Shown piece after piece: positions 38,690 through 51,775 of a DNA stretch of 64,000 nt (position 1 is the first letter of the stretch; each line of letters begins with the position of its first letter). Position numbers and translations under genes: made by a program. The stretch is from Phoronis australis (lineage: Eukaryota > Animalia > Phoronida), in assembly GCA_002633005.1 (NCBI GenBank), contig NMRA01000033.1, forward strand, positions 401,346 to 465,345, given 5' to 3'. The notes beneath the pieces were generated by a model. The model worked only from the letters and a program-made list of their open reading frames with translations, ran no database searches and was not told the DNA's origin.

Positions 38690-39466
38690 TAAAAAGAATT
38701 TAAAATACACAAAGAAGATATAACACGCACCATAAGCCTAGGTAAACAAACACACTTCTCTCTACCGCGTGTTCGTGAAAATATTGTTATTGCTTTTGTT
38801 TCTCAACAATAGGTGTCCCCGCAATCCACTGATTTCTCTATCTCCATCGGTATTACTAGAATTGTGTCGCTCATTCGACTAAGGCGGAAGACATTGCCAA
38901 TAGCGTAATGTTATTTACAAATGTTGTATATGACAGCTCGAACTCTTGCCTGAACCAATTAACGTGTTGAAAGTTAAGTGACACGCAACCTCTTAGGGAA
39001 AGTGCAGACGGCCGGCTTCAACTCGTATCTGCCTCAAAGTGAATCGTATCTGAGATGACAGCACATATCAAGGCTCCACGGAATAGGACCTTAATAGATC
39101 AGATTTCCTGATAAACAAGCCTCTTGAGCGTGGTGGAAATAATACAAATCTATTGACGAAATGTAATTGCCGGGAAACGACCCGAGTTGCCAATTGTTCT
39201 CTCCCCAGCCGAAAAACACAAATTGTCCATGTTTTTCCTTACAGACATTATGATAGAGAACACCCAATTAGCTGATCAAAATAAAAACATGACGACGGTA
39301 ATTATTTAAAACGTTGTCGACATCTTAACCGAAATCTTTTCTCTGCACAACTCTCTGTTCATGACTGGCATAAGTCAATTGTCCTGCTAAAAAATTAATT
39401 AGAATGAGAATTATATAGTAGAAAATGTGTGATGAAATTTGAGTTTTGAAAATATGACCTACCACA

Positions 39467-40186
39467 AGTGCCTTTCATACGTCGACGCGTCGATGGTTTG
39501 GGGAGTTGAGGTCAGTATGAACTCGGTCCCGGCTGGATCGCAGTTAACAGCTCCAGTTAAGATCGCAGTTAACAGGCGGATTTACTGTAAACGTTCGGGT
39601 TAACGCCCTGGCCGGTTAAATTGGCAAACCCAAAAATTCGGGGATGGGCGGTTAACCAGACATGGGTGCTTAATTTTCAATCTTTAAAAGTCGGGGGTGA
39701 GCGCTTAAGTGGAAATCTTCAAAGATCGCAAAGGGGCGCTTAACCGAGCAGTGGGCGCTTAAATCGGAAACCACCTTAAGTTGGGTATGAACATTGGCGT
39801 TAACCAGAACGTTTACGGTAATAGCGCAGCGTCGACGCTGCGGTGCAGTATGCCACGGTTAACTTCGGTCCAATCGAAGTTATCGCCAGGTGCCGCTGTT
39901 ATCGGTGACAGTTACAGAGTGGTGCCGTGATTAATAGCTGCTTATATTTTGCTCTAATAATAACCAATCGATTTAAAAATAAGTTTAATGTCATTTAGCA
40001 CATGTAAATTTTCTCAAATTGTCACACTGAAATCTTAGCGTGTAGCGCTACCTTGCGATAACTTCGTCACCAACCGTTTACTTCGATGTTCATTAACTAC
40101 CGAAACCAGTATGAACGGTCCAGTTAACTGCGCTGTTTACGTCGACGCTCCGCTCAGACCGGAGTTAAGTCAATATGAAAGGGCCT
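39467..40186. mobile_element. PIF/Harbinger-like MITE family A (both ends present)
   Basis: TIRs AGTGCCTTTCATAC / ATATGAAAGGGCCT with ACA/TCA flanks. Copies at 31182-31629 and 10541-10685. Confidence 0.85.
39585..39818. mobile_element. 234-bp Tc2/pogo-type MITE nested in family A
   Basis: TA|CTGTAAACGTTCGGGTTAACGCC ... GGCGTTAACCAGAACGTTTACGG|TA. It is absent from the paralogous copy near 31500. Confidence 0.9.
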
Positions 40187-40699
40187 TCAAGTAGCCTGCA
40201 TGTAGAATCACGCAGTCGGATAAGCACTGTACTTCGTAATCCACATTACCGTAACGGGTGTAGGCGAGGATATCCAACCCATGTGCGACGGTAACTTTTT
40301 TTGAATTTCAAAGAGACGAGTCAAATCCAACAGGCACCAGATTCACGAAAGTCACAGAAAAATACCTGTCCATTTCTTGGACATATGATATACGAATTAA
40401 ACTGGCAATAATTTCCCTTAATCATCAAGGGTCAGACATGGCTCCGTCGCTGTATGGTGATCTGTCACCACAACCGTATCCAATTTCATAAAATCAACAG
40501 GGAGCGCAAATCAATGCATGTTGTCAATAAATTCTCCAATTCACACCCCTGTCGACTCGGGACAGATACAATACCCGACGGTAAGCTTTTGCGATAACTA
40601 ATAACATTTTTTTTTTAAATGCGTTAAATGGACATAATCCGTTTCACAGTGGAAACGCGCATTTTTGGGAAGATTATACTGTTGGATAACATAGACTTC

Positions 40700-40822
40700 A
40701 AGGCCATGCACCCCTCCCCCCTAAAATTCTCCCAGATCCATTTGGCAGTTCGGGGGTGCGAATGTCTGACGGGCAAAATCCTGCTCTGGCCCCCCTAACT
40801 CAAAATCCTGTATCCGCCCCTG
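40700..40822. mobile_element. Truncated hAT-like MITE family C
   Basis: CCATTTGGCAGTTCGGGGGTGCGAATGTCTGACGG..TCCGCCCCTG is shared with 51776-51929. Confidence 0.75.
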
Positions 40823-41484
40823 ATTACCTTTGACCAGAGTTATAAAAAAACGAAATTTGTTGTATTTTTATGATTTTTATAAAAATCGCAAATTATCGTC
40901 TTTGTTTGCCACCCATTTGCTGAAATAAAGACTGGTGGCTTTATCGCGCGGAGTTTTAGCTCCGCCAGCGGAGCGCTAGGGCTAACCGCTCGGGATGCAA
41001 CTTCTATTCCGCCGCGCTGACGGAGACCGATCTCAGAAAATCACTTTTCTCGCAGATAACGTCACATTGACGGTAGCTAAGTGTCTCGGTTTGTTTTGCG
41101 ATGAAAAGTTATTCCACGCTCAATACTGAGATCATCTCTTGCAATTTATTAGCCCCATAAACCGGAAATTACAAATCGTGTTTCAGCAAAACTTAAAATA
41201 CTTATACATACTTATACGCCTTGTTCGATTTTCGTCTTAGCCGGCTAAATAAGACGAAATACAGCTTTAATAATGTAAAGTGTATAGTTCGAGAAGAAAT
41301 CAAAATTTGAGGACATCGTGGGGTCAAGAAATGAATGTCCCTGTAGGTAAGCTAAGGGCCTTTGTGATAAGATAGGGGACCAACAAAACTCCGTTTACGT
41401 TGAAGATTATTTTAGAAAGTGAAGTTGCAGTAAAGCATCCTTACCCCGGAACTATGTATACCGGAACTATGTGTACCGGAACTA

Positions 41485-41800
41485 CTGCCTCCCGTTCAGT
41501 AACGACAGGACCTCAGGCTAAAAATTAAGACTTCACAAGATTACGTGAAGTATTGCCGTGTGTTTTAAACGAGAGCACGTGACTTTGGTTAGATTTTAGC
41601 TAGGTCCTAGAGTAGGTCCTGGCGCTATGTGCTGAACGCACACCTGCCTCCCGTTCAGTAACGCTAGGACCTAGCTTAAAAGCAAGACTTTGCGAGATTA
41701 CGCGAGATATTGCCGTGTATTTTAAATAAGAGCACGTGATCTTGACTAGCTTTTGGTTAGGTCCTAGCGTAGGTCCTAGCGTCTACTGAACGCACGCCTG
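41485..41800. mobile_element. Two tandem ~156-bp MITEs separated and flanked by CTG
   Basis: CTG[CCTCCCGTTCAGTA...TGAACGCACAC]CTG[CCTCCCGTTCAGTA...TGAACGCACGC]CTG, inserted in a 15-bp GGAACTATGTGTACC array. A third, inverted copy lies at ~48355-48485. Confidence 0.8.
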
Positions 41801-42938
41801 ATGTGTACCGGAACTGTGTGTACCAGAAGTTTCGTTTCAGCACGCTGGGTGTTTTTAAGAATTATTTCCGCAAAAAATACGGCGAAGCAGAAGTCAAAAT
41901 ATGCATCCAGGGCGCTTTTTCGGAGACGGGATGTGCTGGAAACTGCAACGGTAAACTCTGGGGCAACTGCTGGTACCAATCTTAATCTTGACTTTTTGGT
42001 TGGATGAGCTCATCTGTTTTATGAATAAAATGAACAGATTTCGCAAACATTCAGTGTATTATTTACAAATCATTCAGATAAGCGACATTGTACATTCATC
42101 TCAGGTCCCACTATGATGGGAAATCATGTAGTTCGTGAATCTGGAGCGACATGCTACGGAACAACGCAAGGGAGAGCAAACCACAAAAACTAGGTTACAT
42201 ATTGTTACACGTTGTCTCGTTGAGTTATTGCCATGAACTGCACGACAAACGTAACCATCGTTTGAAACTCTCCTGTCATAATTTGACTTTCAATTGACGT
42301 TCCATGCAAGCAGTATGAAACTCATATTTCTAGTATCATACATAAGCATATGACTTGTACCCTCAAAGCGCCTTGCATAGCGTTCAGATAGTGCCGTCCA
42401 GCCAGAAGTCTGATCGAACGTCTGATCCGCCGTCTCAGAATATCAAATGTGAAAGCTCGTTTTTAAAAATATTCAGTAAATTACATTGATTTATATATTT
42501 GTGATTATTTGTGTAAGTGCATTTGATGGAGAAAATTGTATTGTTGCGCCATTGCTCGCTGGGAACTGAGATAATGAATGTGATTGCAATAAGTTTCCAT
42601 CAGTCTTTTTTGTGGGGATGCATGCTATCCACGTACACGTCAATACAATATACTGTAGTCGAAAATGGTATGTAGGTGCCACGCAGAGTCAGGACGGCAG
42701 CCGGTACAAAGGCTTGGTGGGACACTGACCACTGAGTGGACCGAAATAATCGACGGATCACAACAGTACAAAGCTTTCATAATTTTGGAACAGACATTAC
42801 AGAAGACTATCATTTACCAGAAATAAAATCCAGTTAGCATCACTATAATTAGATATGATTGTTCCTGACAAACGCACTCGGCCCTCAAAGATATGAAATC
42901 AGTGTCAGCTAATCGTGACTGGGCTTTGACACTTAGGG

Positions 42939-43797
42939 CATAGGCGGATTTAGGGGGGGCAGGGGGCCCGCCCCCCCCCCTTGGCTGCCGCAAAAAATAA
43001 AACAGCAAGAGCGTAGCGAAATGTTGAGTTTATTAATTAACCCAAGTAATTAAAATTATACGGCTGAAACAAGATTTAAATGTGTGCAGTTTTAGTGTTT
43101 GGGGGGGCTCAGACCCAATTTCAAGTGTCAAATTCGGAACACGGCGCAATCGTAACGGAACTATCTCCCGCGATATCTCAGGCAACCGCAATCCGGGCGC
43201 TGGGCACTACGACTCCGTTTCCGTCGTCTGCTCCACTGTGCAATGAAGAAAATTACTTCATTCAAAAGTTTTAAAGAAAATGGAATCTTTGTGATGATGA
43301 AAAACAGAAGCTGCTGGTAAGATGTCAATTTTAATCGAAGCCTTAGTGAATCACTCAGAAACTCATAATTCTCTCTTTGTCAAACCTTAACTTAAGACGA
43401 TTTCCAAAGCAATCGCGTCATTATTGCCAACACGAAAAACGGATTTGGTCTTTTGGGCAATTGAAGACTATTTTAAATACAACAAATTTGTTATGAGCTG
43501 ATTGCACAAAATATAAAACATGTAATAAGCATTACAAAAAGAAGGAGGTTTCTCGCAAACGCTGTGGACCATAACCAAGTAGGTCTCTTAGAATCAAATT
43601 AGGAGTTAAAGCGTGGTGGTGCGGTGGTAAAGCACGCGCTCTCTATGCGTTAGGTCGTGAGTTCGAGTCTGTGATACTTGCAAACCCCCCTCCCGACCTT
43701 CCCCCATTCAGTGCTATGCGCATCTACAATCGTACTTTGAGCAAATGTTTACAGACAAAATGTTGGCCCCCCTTGTAATATCCTAGATCCGCCACTG
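42939..43797. mobile_element. 859-bp hAT-like non-autonomous element with 5-bp TSD
   Basis: TIRs CATAGGCGGATTTAGG / CCTAGATCCGCCACTG, with TAGGG on both sides. Confidence 0.75.
43611..43755 (+). mobile_element. tRNA-derived SINE head inside the hAT-like element
   Basis: A box TGGTGCGGTGG (43617-27), B box GAGTTCGAGTC (43659-69) and downstream CTTTGAGCAA. No acceptor stem closes. Confidence 0.55.
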
Positions 43798-46700
43798 TAG
43801 GGTAAAAACTTCTGTTAGATTTACAGTCTGAGACACACATTACCCGACCATGAAGTGGTTAGAAAATTAAATCGAGATTCTGTGATCATGACTGTCCGCA
43901 GACTGAGTAGGTTTTGGCTCGGATTCACTCGCCGAAGACGTCGGTGAGAGTCGAGTTCGCACGGCCTCAAACATTCGAATTCTACCGATATGGCGAGGTC
44001 TAACTCATTACCTGTTTTACCTATGACCTGAGTGTTGTCTTCACCCCATTCTCCATATCTGTCTTCATATAATACTCATCAAGTTGGCTCTCTAAGTCTG
44101 GCCATAACTTACAAATTCACTAATATCCATCATTCCGTACTGTCAACTGATCAACGTCTTCCACTGATGCAGGAAACCAAAAAATTGTTAATTTTTCTTT
44201 AAAATTCAAAATTCTTCAACTATATCTCAGAATAAGTGCTTGTTTAGTTAGATTGTGTGTTATAAAATTATTGTACACCTCTAAAAGTGCAAAAAATCCA
44301 TTGTAGGAACGCTTTAAATGACACGCCGTGACAAGCTTGTCTCAAGAAAAAATGAAATGCCAGCACTTTGTAAGCCTTGAAAAATCTTCTCTGATTTCAA
44401 AGGCGGATTGTTCGCCCTCCGCTCCAAGGACACGAGCAAAAGCGCCACCATGCCGTTTCGGGGGGCAACGCAAATGCTTTTCCTTCCAAAATTGTGGATC
44501 CTCCCTCTCCGCAATATCTTAGATCCGTCAATCATTGAAAGAATTTTACTACTATTGATACATTACTGCAAAAGTTGTTTTGTGATAGAAACCGAGTTTG
44601 TAGCTGTTTTAAAGCTAAATTGAAAATATATCTCGCCAATATGTTTCGCACATGACACCTTAACAGATGGGATATAGGCTCTACGAGTGATCCCTTCTTG
44701 GCTCTATGTATCCGATGGTGCGCCGCCCATGTGTTTGTCGACATGCACAGCTTTGCAAACCGGCGTCTGGGCATAAATGCGGAGTTCCATGCCGTGCAAG
44801 TAAAGAATGCAGCAATCTGTTGTAATTATGTGGTCGACGAACTCTTCACTCATTTCCATCAGCATGCAACTGAACTGGTCAGTTACGCAACACATACTTT
44901 TGTTACAGTTTCGTTTTCTTGGTCAACAACATCTCAAAAACATCGACAGCAGCGTCAACATTAACGACGCACTGAACATGACGATGGACGGAGGCCGTCA
45001 GAAATAAACGTGGCCACAAAGTTTCAAAGCGTTGACAATACAAATGAGGAAGTAAATAATAACTAAACAACAACCAACATCGACGATGAAAAGGGCAGTT
45101 TATCAATTAAAAAATAAACATGTCAGTAAACACAATTTGTGACGGAAAACTTAGTATTTCACGCTCACATTCCATTCACGTGTCATGTTGCTAATGTGAA
45201 TTACGTACATCACAACACTATCACCACATTGGCGATATCAGGTCCGTAGGAAGGTGAAAATAATTGGGAGTACAGCACAGGAACTTCGTCAAGCCGACCC
45301 CAGGCCCCAGTCGATCGCGACACTTTTGCCACCGCCAGGCTACTAGCTCCGGTCGTTCTCACAATTTTTCCGTGGCCNGACCCCATCTCCAGCTTCCTAC
45401 TGCCCTGCGATTATTCAACTCACGGTGGCACTGCGTCTCTGCTTCTGCCTTTCCTGATACCAATCCTTCTTGGCCTTCCTGTTGGTAACCTTTGACCCTA
45501 ATAACAGTTCTTTGTGGATTCGAAACGGATATTTTAGCTCTGGATTTGTCCTGTACTTGGTTACTTCTCCCCTTCCCGAAAATCACTCCCATGGTCCTAC
45601 GCCTGTCCACGACGATGACTCACAGCTGGAACGAACCATCAGTAACTAGGTAACACAAAATCGGCGCAATGGGACAAAACTTGTCTGGTTTTGAAAATAA
45701 TGCAAAATAAATTTTACACCATTTGTAATACATGAAGGGCTAGCTACCATAATAGTTGCTTGGGATACAACATAATAAAATTGATTTGGGTGATTTAGGA
45801 AGCATACACATTAATAAGTCACATAAATTCCCAAACGCCGAAATCGTTTTGTTGAACTCTATTCAGTTTAGCGTCACTTTGTGACGTCCCATTGGACGCG
45901 TTCCCAAATCAGTTTTGACGGTAACCAAGGTGACATTATTACTCATGTGTGGCCGGCGGACGGGTGAAAGTACTGCGGTAAAACAGGTTAACCAGGGGGC
46001 GTTTTCAAGACCAAGTTTCTTGCGAGAAAAACACGACCACTCGCAAAACCACGCGACGGTGTTGTTCACAAGTATGATCAGAGACCGCAATGTCTTTGCT
46101 TGTGTACCTTATTCAAGCAAAATGGCGGGCACTGGTGTGATCCTGTCGGCGGTCAGTGAGGTTGAAATGTTAACAGAGCGAAGATTTTTCGCCGCTGAAG
46201 AGCAAGCAAAGGTCTTCACGGTCTGTGGAAGTACCGGATGTTCTTCAACTACAGACTTCCAGCTGATCTTTTATAACCCGTACTAATACGTGCTAGTCCG
46301 TCACAAACGCAAATAACTCGCGGGCCAAGGTAACGTTGAGAGTGTTTCTTATGATTTTAATGTTGGTGTAGTTGCCTGGGAAACCACTACACGGAATTAT
46401 CCTTGATTGCAAACCCTTCGGAAATGTATATGACATAACAACACTCTAATGATTTTCACTCTGATGGAGAAAATTACCTGCAGTTAGACCACTGAATATT
46501 ACTAAAAACCTCGAGGAGTGGAATTCTTCGGCGCAATTCAAGACGTTGACTTTAGAAACGATGACCGGGATCGATCAGTCCACTCGACCACACGTCAGTC
46601 GCATCATATACTCAGCTTCACTCCACTCGTACGGCCTGGTAATTTTATACTTGTTAACCAAGTATTTTCGACATCCAATGTGATTTAGAAAATCTCTCGA

Positions 46701-47150
46701 TTTTCTAAATATGTCGCCTTCATAACACCAGGGCCTAATCTCAATTCACTACTTGCACACTTTGGTGATGGTGGTGCAAAAATGATTGCCGTGCATTGTT
46801 GTTTAAGACATTGCCTCGTTTTAGCATTAATTTTGATAACGCAAACCTGAAAGAGTGCGTGTTCTAAACATGCAGAACTATTGTTGTTCGGACACAACAC
46901 CTACCATGATGGCGAATTCGTGTAGGTGGTGAATAAAGGTGAAGGTTGAGCTGCCCAGAAGCTCACGCTATTGTTTTATTGTCTGTTTGACGCCTCATTT
47001 ACCAATTTCTATTGTTTCCCCGACAATAACACACCAGGAAACTCGCGCAGACTGAGCGTTTACCCGTGACGTCACAATGAGTTTCACTCTTCAACACTCA
47101 AGCTTGCTTGCTCACCCGGTGAGAGGGAAGGATGGATCCAATATACTCAC

Positions 47151-47229
47151 TTGTATGTAGAACTGGAGTTTTGTCTTTGTCTCTGTTGCAGAAGTTTGCA
47201 TCTTCTCAAGCGGTTTAATGAACTTTCAT
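47151..47229 (-). other. Candidate 79-nt exon
   Basis: Acceptor tttgttttttatgatttgcacgatttcAG and donor CAA|GTGAGTA. It reads xESSLNRLRRCKLLQQRQRQNSSSTY (phase 1 to 2), or MQTSATETKTKLQFYIQ from aagATG (phase-0 end). Confidence 0.45.
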
Positions 47230-48354
47230 CTGAAATCGTGCAAATCATAAAAAACAAATGATCTATAATTTATATTTACATTGTACCTGAGAAAATATTG
47301 AATAAGTGAGATGAAGTTAAGAATTGACAATTAAAATTTAACGCTTGGAAATGTACAGTTTGCAACTATTAATAATTATAACAACAAAAATGACAATGAT
47401 AATGACAATACTATTAGTAATGATAATAATAATAATCATCATCTTGTGTGACCATTTGGGCGACATTTCTGTTCTGACGTCATAAACTATTGAATTTCAC
47501 GATAGTAAAATGCACATTCCCATGAAAATTGACTTTCAAATTTTTCTAATTCTGCAAAATTTGATATGAAAAATCACATATTTAGAACCAAGTGCACTTG
47601 GGAAGCACACTTTATTTTAGACACAGAATAGTGATTTCGATTGACTATTTGATTTCAGATCTTCCATGCCTTCTCAAAAACATTCTAACACTTGCCTCAT
47701 ATCAATTCAACATCTACAACATGAGGTAAATTGTTACCGTTTTTTAACTTAAATATATTAAACCGAACCTTAAATGTTTAAGTTGTTATCGCGGGTTTGA
47801 TGAACTGCGCGTTGTTTTGACTTTCAATAAAAGTAGTTTTCTAAAAATTGCAGCATCAACACTAACTTCACCACGAGGTTATTCCAAAATCTTCGGTCCC
47901 AGTACTTCAACTCCATCTACTTTCTAGTCGTTGCTTNCCCCCCCCCCCCCCCCCCCGTCTCGATGTTTGTGCCATCAGTCCGGTGTCTCCCTAGACAAGT
48001 ATCTACTGTACGGAGAGACCAGACGGCTTCGATATATTCGGGCTCTTGATTGGTCATAGAAATGACGTTGAGTTCAGTAACTTAGCAACGACGGCTGGCC
48101 TTCCCAACAAGGGCACAGAGTAGTGCCCTCATCACAGTGATTGTTTTTTTTTTTTTTAATTCCATAATGATGACCACTTGCATGGCAACACACATCTCAC
48201 TGTCCCCATGTACTGAGTTTGTGCTCGCAGTAAATGCGCGGCGCCGATACGACATCTATCAGGTGGTAAACTCACGTGTACTAATCAAATAAGATAATTT
48301 GACTGTACTTTTGGGCTTGCCCGAAACGGACTGCGCGCTGGAAGCTGAAATAGA

Positions 48355-48485
48355 GTTCAGTAGCTGTCTCGTGACTAGAAAATCTAGCCAAAATCACGTA
48401 CGCTCATTTAAAGTAGACGGCAATATCTCGCGTAGTCTCGCGAAGTTTTGCTTGTGTCTAGTGAGGTCCTAGCTTTATTGAGCTC
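48355..48485. mobile_element. Inverted diverged copy of the 41485-41800 MITE unit
   Basis: ACGGCAATATCTCGCGTAGTCTCGCGAAG..AGGTCCTAG is the reverse complement of the unit core. Confidence 0.7.
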
Positions 48486-49904
48486 TACCCTGATTTTCCC
48501 CAAATAGCTGTTCTCCCTCCGCCTTAATTCAATTTCTGCGTGGCACCTTAGTACGCATTACGTGCATGAGCCCATGTTTGCAAATCGATAACGTAAGACA
48601 CACTTTTCAGAGAAGTGCTGCTTATGCGTGAGTGGCGATGCTAGGAGAATAAGTAAATTAATTAATCTCAGAGATAGATATTTCCATCTTGTTTCGCTTT
48701 CGACACACTTTATGTTCGGCTTTTAGATTGACGAGTTTTTGATAAGACGATGACCTCATAAATAGTCCAAAACTCAAATGAGCCCCAATGTTGACTAGTC
48801 GCCTTAAATCAATTGCTTTGATAACAGCAAAAACAATTACAAAAATATGGTCAGAATACACGTTTATTGGTGAACGTAAAGAACACCTAACACAATTTTT
48901 CTAACCGTACGGTATAAAGAAAATTTGTAATGACACTCGATATAAAACAGCACCAGTAGCGTTGAGGCAAAGGCGCACCAGAAAGAAGGAATGTTGGGTC
49001 AAGGCAATTTGGAGCCACGGGAGCGTCAGAGGACTGGAGAATATAGGAAGGGGAACAGAGGGTATATTGAAACGCTAGTACCTGGGAACATCGGGGTGGG
49101 CGAACATCGATTGGAAAAAGTGGGTCAGGAGAATGGAATGTGGGTACCAGGAAATTCAGGTACGGACCTGAAAAAAGAATAACAAAAGCGTTTTTGAAGG
49201 ACACAAAAAATAAAATTTGTCTAAAAACCTGATGAATGAAACTAAAGTGAAATCAGAGATCAGCCTCGTGTGTAATTACCTGAGAGCTGATGACACACGT
49301 TACACCTATTACTCTCTTTATCCCCTTAAGAAAGATATTCTAGTTCACACAATCATTGATTTTTGTCGTCTACATTATGTGCTAGAAGTAATTAACATCT
49401 CATCAGGTGAATGTACTGTTTAAAAATTACGATAGCATTCATGGATGCAGCCATATTTAAATATTCTACAAAATCTCAGCTTGGGATTTGGATTATTTGG
49501 TGTAAGAATCTTTTTCATGAACAATGTTCAACGTAAAACGTGGGGATTTTTCAAGTATCAAATGCTGGAGGGTATAAATCTAGTTGTACAGACAGTAGCG
49601 TGCAGAAGTTTGTCCGCCGGGGCGATTTGTCTATTGAATGTTCTTCTCTCGACACTAGTACTAGAAAAGTAAAAAGATGAAACATAAAATAGAAACTACT
49701 GTTTCATGAGAGGGGCTGAGACCACGCTTCTTACAGAGGGAGGCTTCTATTAGAGGCCAAAACCACGATCAAAGACAGAAAAAATGCCTCTGCCAATCGT
49801 CCACGCCAAGGCCGTGTTATTACAGGTCATGGGATACTCGGCTAATATTAGTTACTCGTTGTGTATTGAAATCAGTGTTCCGAAACAGCGAATTCAACAG
49901 GGCC

Positions 49905-50275
49905 GGTACCGGCCCGGATTACACGGCGATAGACCTCTCCTTTGTCCAAGAAATTAGAAAGAGTGTGACCTAGTAGTGGAAATCAGGCACATTTTCGTGT
50001 CTCTCATTGATGTCGGGAAGGCGAAGAATTTCAGATCGCGCATCTACGGGTATTTGTCCAGTTTATCAAACTTTTTACGTCATAGGAAGAGCCACTGATA
50101 TAGAGTAATGCAACCGAAAAAAAACTAGCAAAAAACAGACAACAACAAATAATATGAGATACTCCAATGGCACGAAAACGAGGCACCAAATGTGTCGGTG
50201 TGACGGGTGTTTACAACGGCACTGTGGGTAAATATAGCGAGATTCGAGTGTCGCTGTGTAATCCGGGACGGCACC
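49905..50275. mobile_element. Unclassified MITE
   Basis: Inverted ends GGTACCGGCCCGGATTACACGGCGA / TCGCTGTGTAATCCGGGACGGCACC. Confidence 0.65.
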
Positions 50276-50782
50276 ATTTCAGGGGGTGGGGGTTATTATA
50301 TGTAAGAAACCTCGCTTCTGTTTCATGCTATACGGAATACTAAGTGCTTCGTTTATCGACTGGCCAAAATGGCTCAACTCAAAGTGAGATAAAATAAAAT
50401 GAAGCTTTTTATTAAGCCAAAACTCTAGTAACACGTAAGAGGTCCATGATTCTGACCACAGTATAAACATAGAAAGTAAGACGTCTATTGCCTTCATTAA
50501 CGACATGACATTCTATTTCAGTAGATCAAAACTGACTGGCATATAGGGAAACAGGGTTAATGGAAGATCCCGACAAGTGTAACACCCTTGTAGGTATACT
50601 TTGAAGCCGGGCGGCGCAAGAAACTTGATCATAACTCCATTATCAGTCAAAGCCTGAACGAATTAAACGAGGTACCGCGGGGTTACATTTACCACTAACT
50701 ACTACTGGAACAAACACATCATAACACTGCAGTTAGGGCAAACCAACAACAGTTTTCTTGAGGGGTCGAAATATGGCATTAT

Positions 50783-51060
50783 ATGCCAAGACTAGAGAAA
50801 TGGTCTACAGGAACATATGGTCCGTGTGTTGTGTCTCATCTATGCACGATGAGTTGTCTTGGAACATTCTTCAGACTGGTTCAATTTTACAAAATAGTTA
50901 ACGGGACAGAGATAGTCGATCCATCCCACTATCCAGTCTTACTCTCATGCATAATACACGCTCCTTCCGACATGCTAATCACTGACATAATTTCCTTTGC
51001 ACAGCTTTTCCCGCCACCAGATTGCAGTGAAGGACTGAACTGAGTATCAGTACCCTCGAC
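50783..51060 (+). pseudogene. Decayed CR1/L2-type LINE 3' end
   Basis: FRLVQFYKIVNGTEIVDPSHY resembles the RL..FYKI.NG...I.P..Y motif at the end of CR1/L2-group ORF2. Confidence 0.5.
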
Positions 51061-51775
51061 CTGCCGTTGAGGAACTGAAGTTTCAAATGTCATAAATTCA
51101 CCTTAGTGAATTACTTTGATCCTACAGTGTTATCACTTTTCTTTAAATAAGAATCACACTTTTGACTCTTGGAAGTGACCGACTCTTTCCATCAGCGTCA
51201 GTCTTCAGGTATATAAAATCATAATGTATTCATTGCCTATCCACAGAAGGTCCATACTTTCAAAAGTCTAAGTCCGGACATTGCTTATTCGATTTGCACA
51301 TTTTCATTTTATTCCAATTACTTGTGGAAGGATCGACGAATGCTATACTTACCACGTTTATTGCTTGTCTATTCAGAATAATCGCATAGCTGCATGCAAG
51401 CAGTGTAAACGTCTGATACCGACAGATTCTCGTCTTCCAGTGATCAAGAAATCAATCAAGAACTTCAGATCACAAGAAACATTAATTCTCGATAGCGTTG
51501 GAACTTCTTAAGAGTGGAAAGTATCCTTTTCGCCGTTCTTAAGTTAACAGATAAAATATAACCTCATCTGCACAGTGCAAGTTCGCACGAGGGTGCAAAA
51601 GGTGTTGCTCCATGTAAACGGGTTTTGCTTACATGCACATTAGCCACAAATGCAGATTTACTCAAAAAGTCAGTTACGACAAAAAATTCAAATGACGGAG
51701 AGTGACTATAGGAGAGACTACCTTTATAGGAAAGCAAAACTCCGTCTAAAGGCAAACTTGGTTACCCATTTATAA

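Noticed and set aside
44532-46286. Cluster of overlapping ORFs in GC-richer sequence
   Set aside because: No motif recognised in any frame. Probably transposon interior, but I could not define ends.
49900-49915. Perfect 16-bp palindrome GGGCCGGTACCGGCCC as a regulatory site
   Set aside because: It overlaps a MITE end and is most simply explained by the insertion junction.
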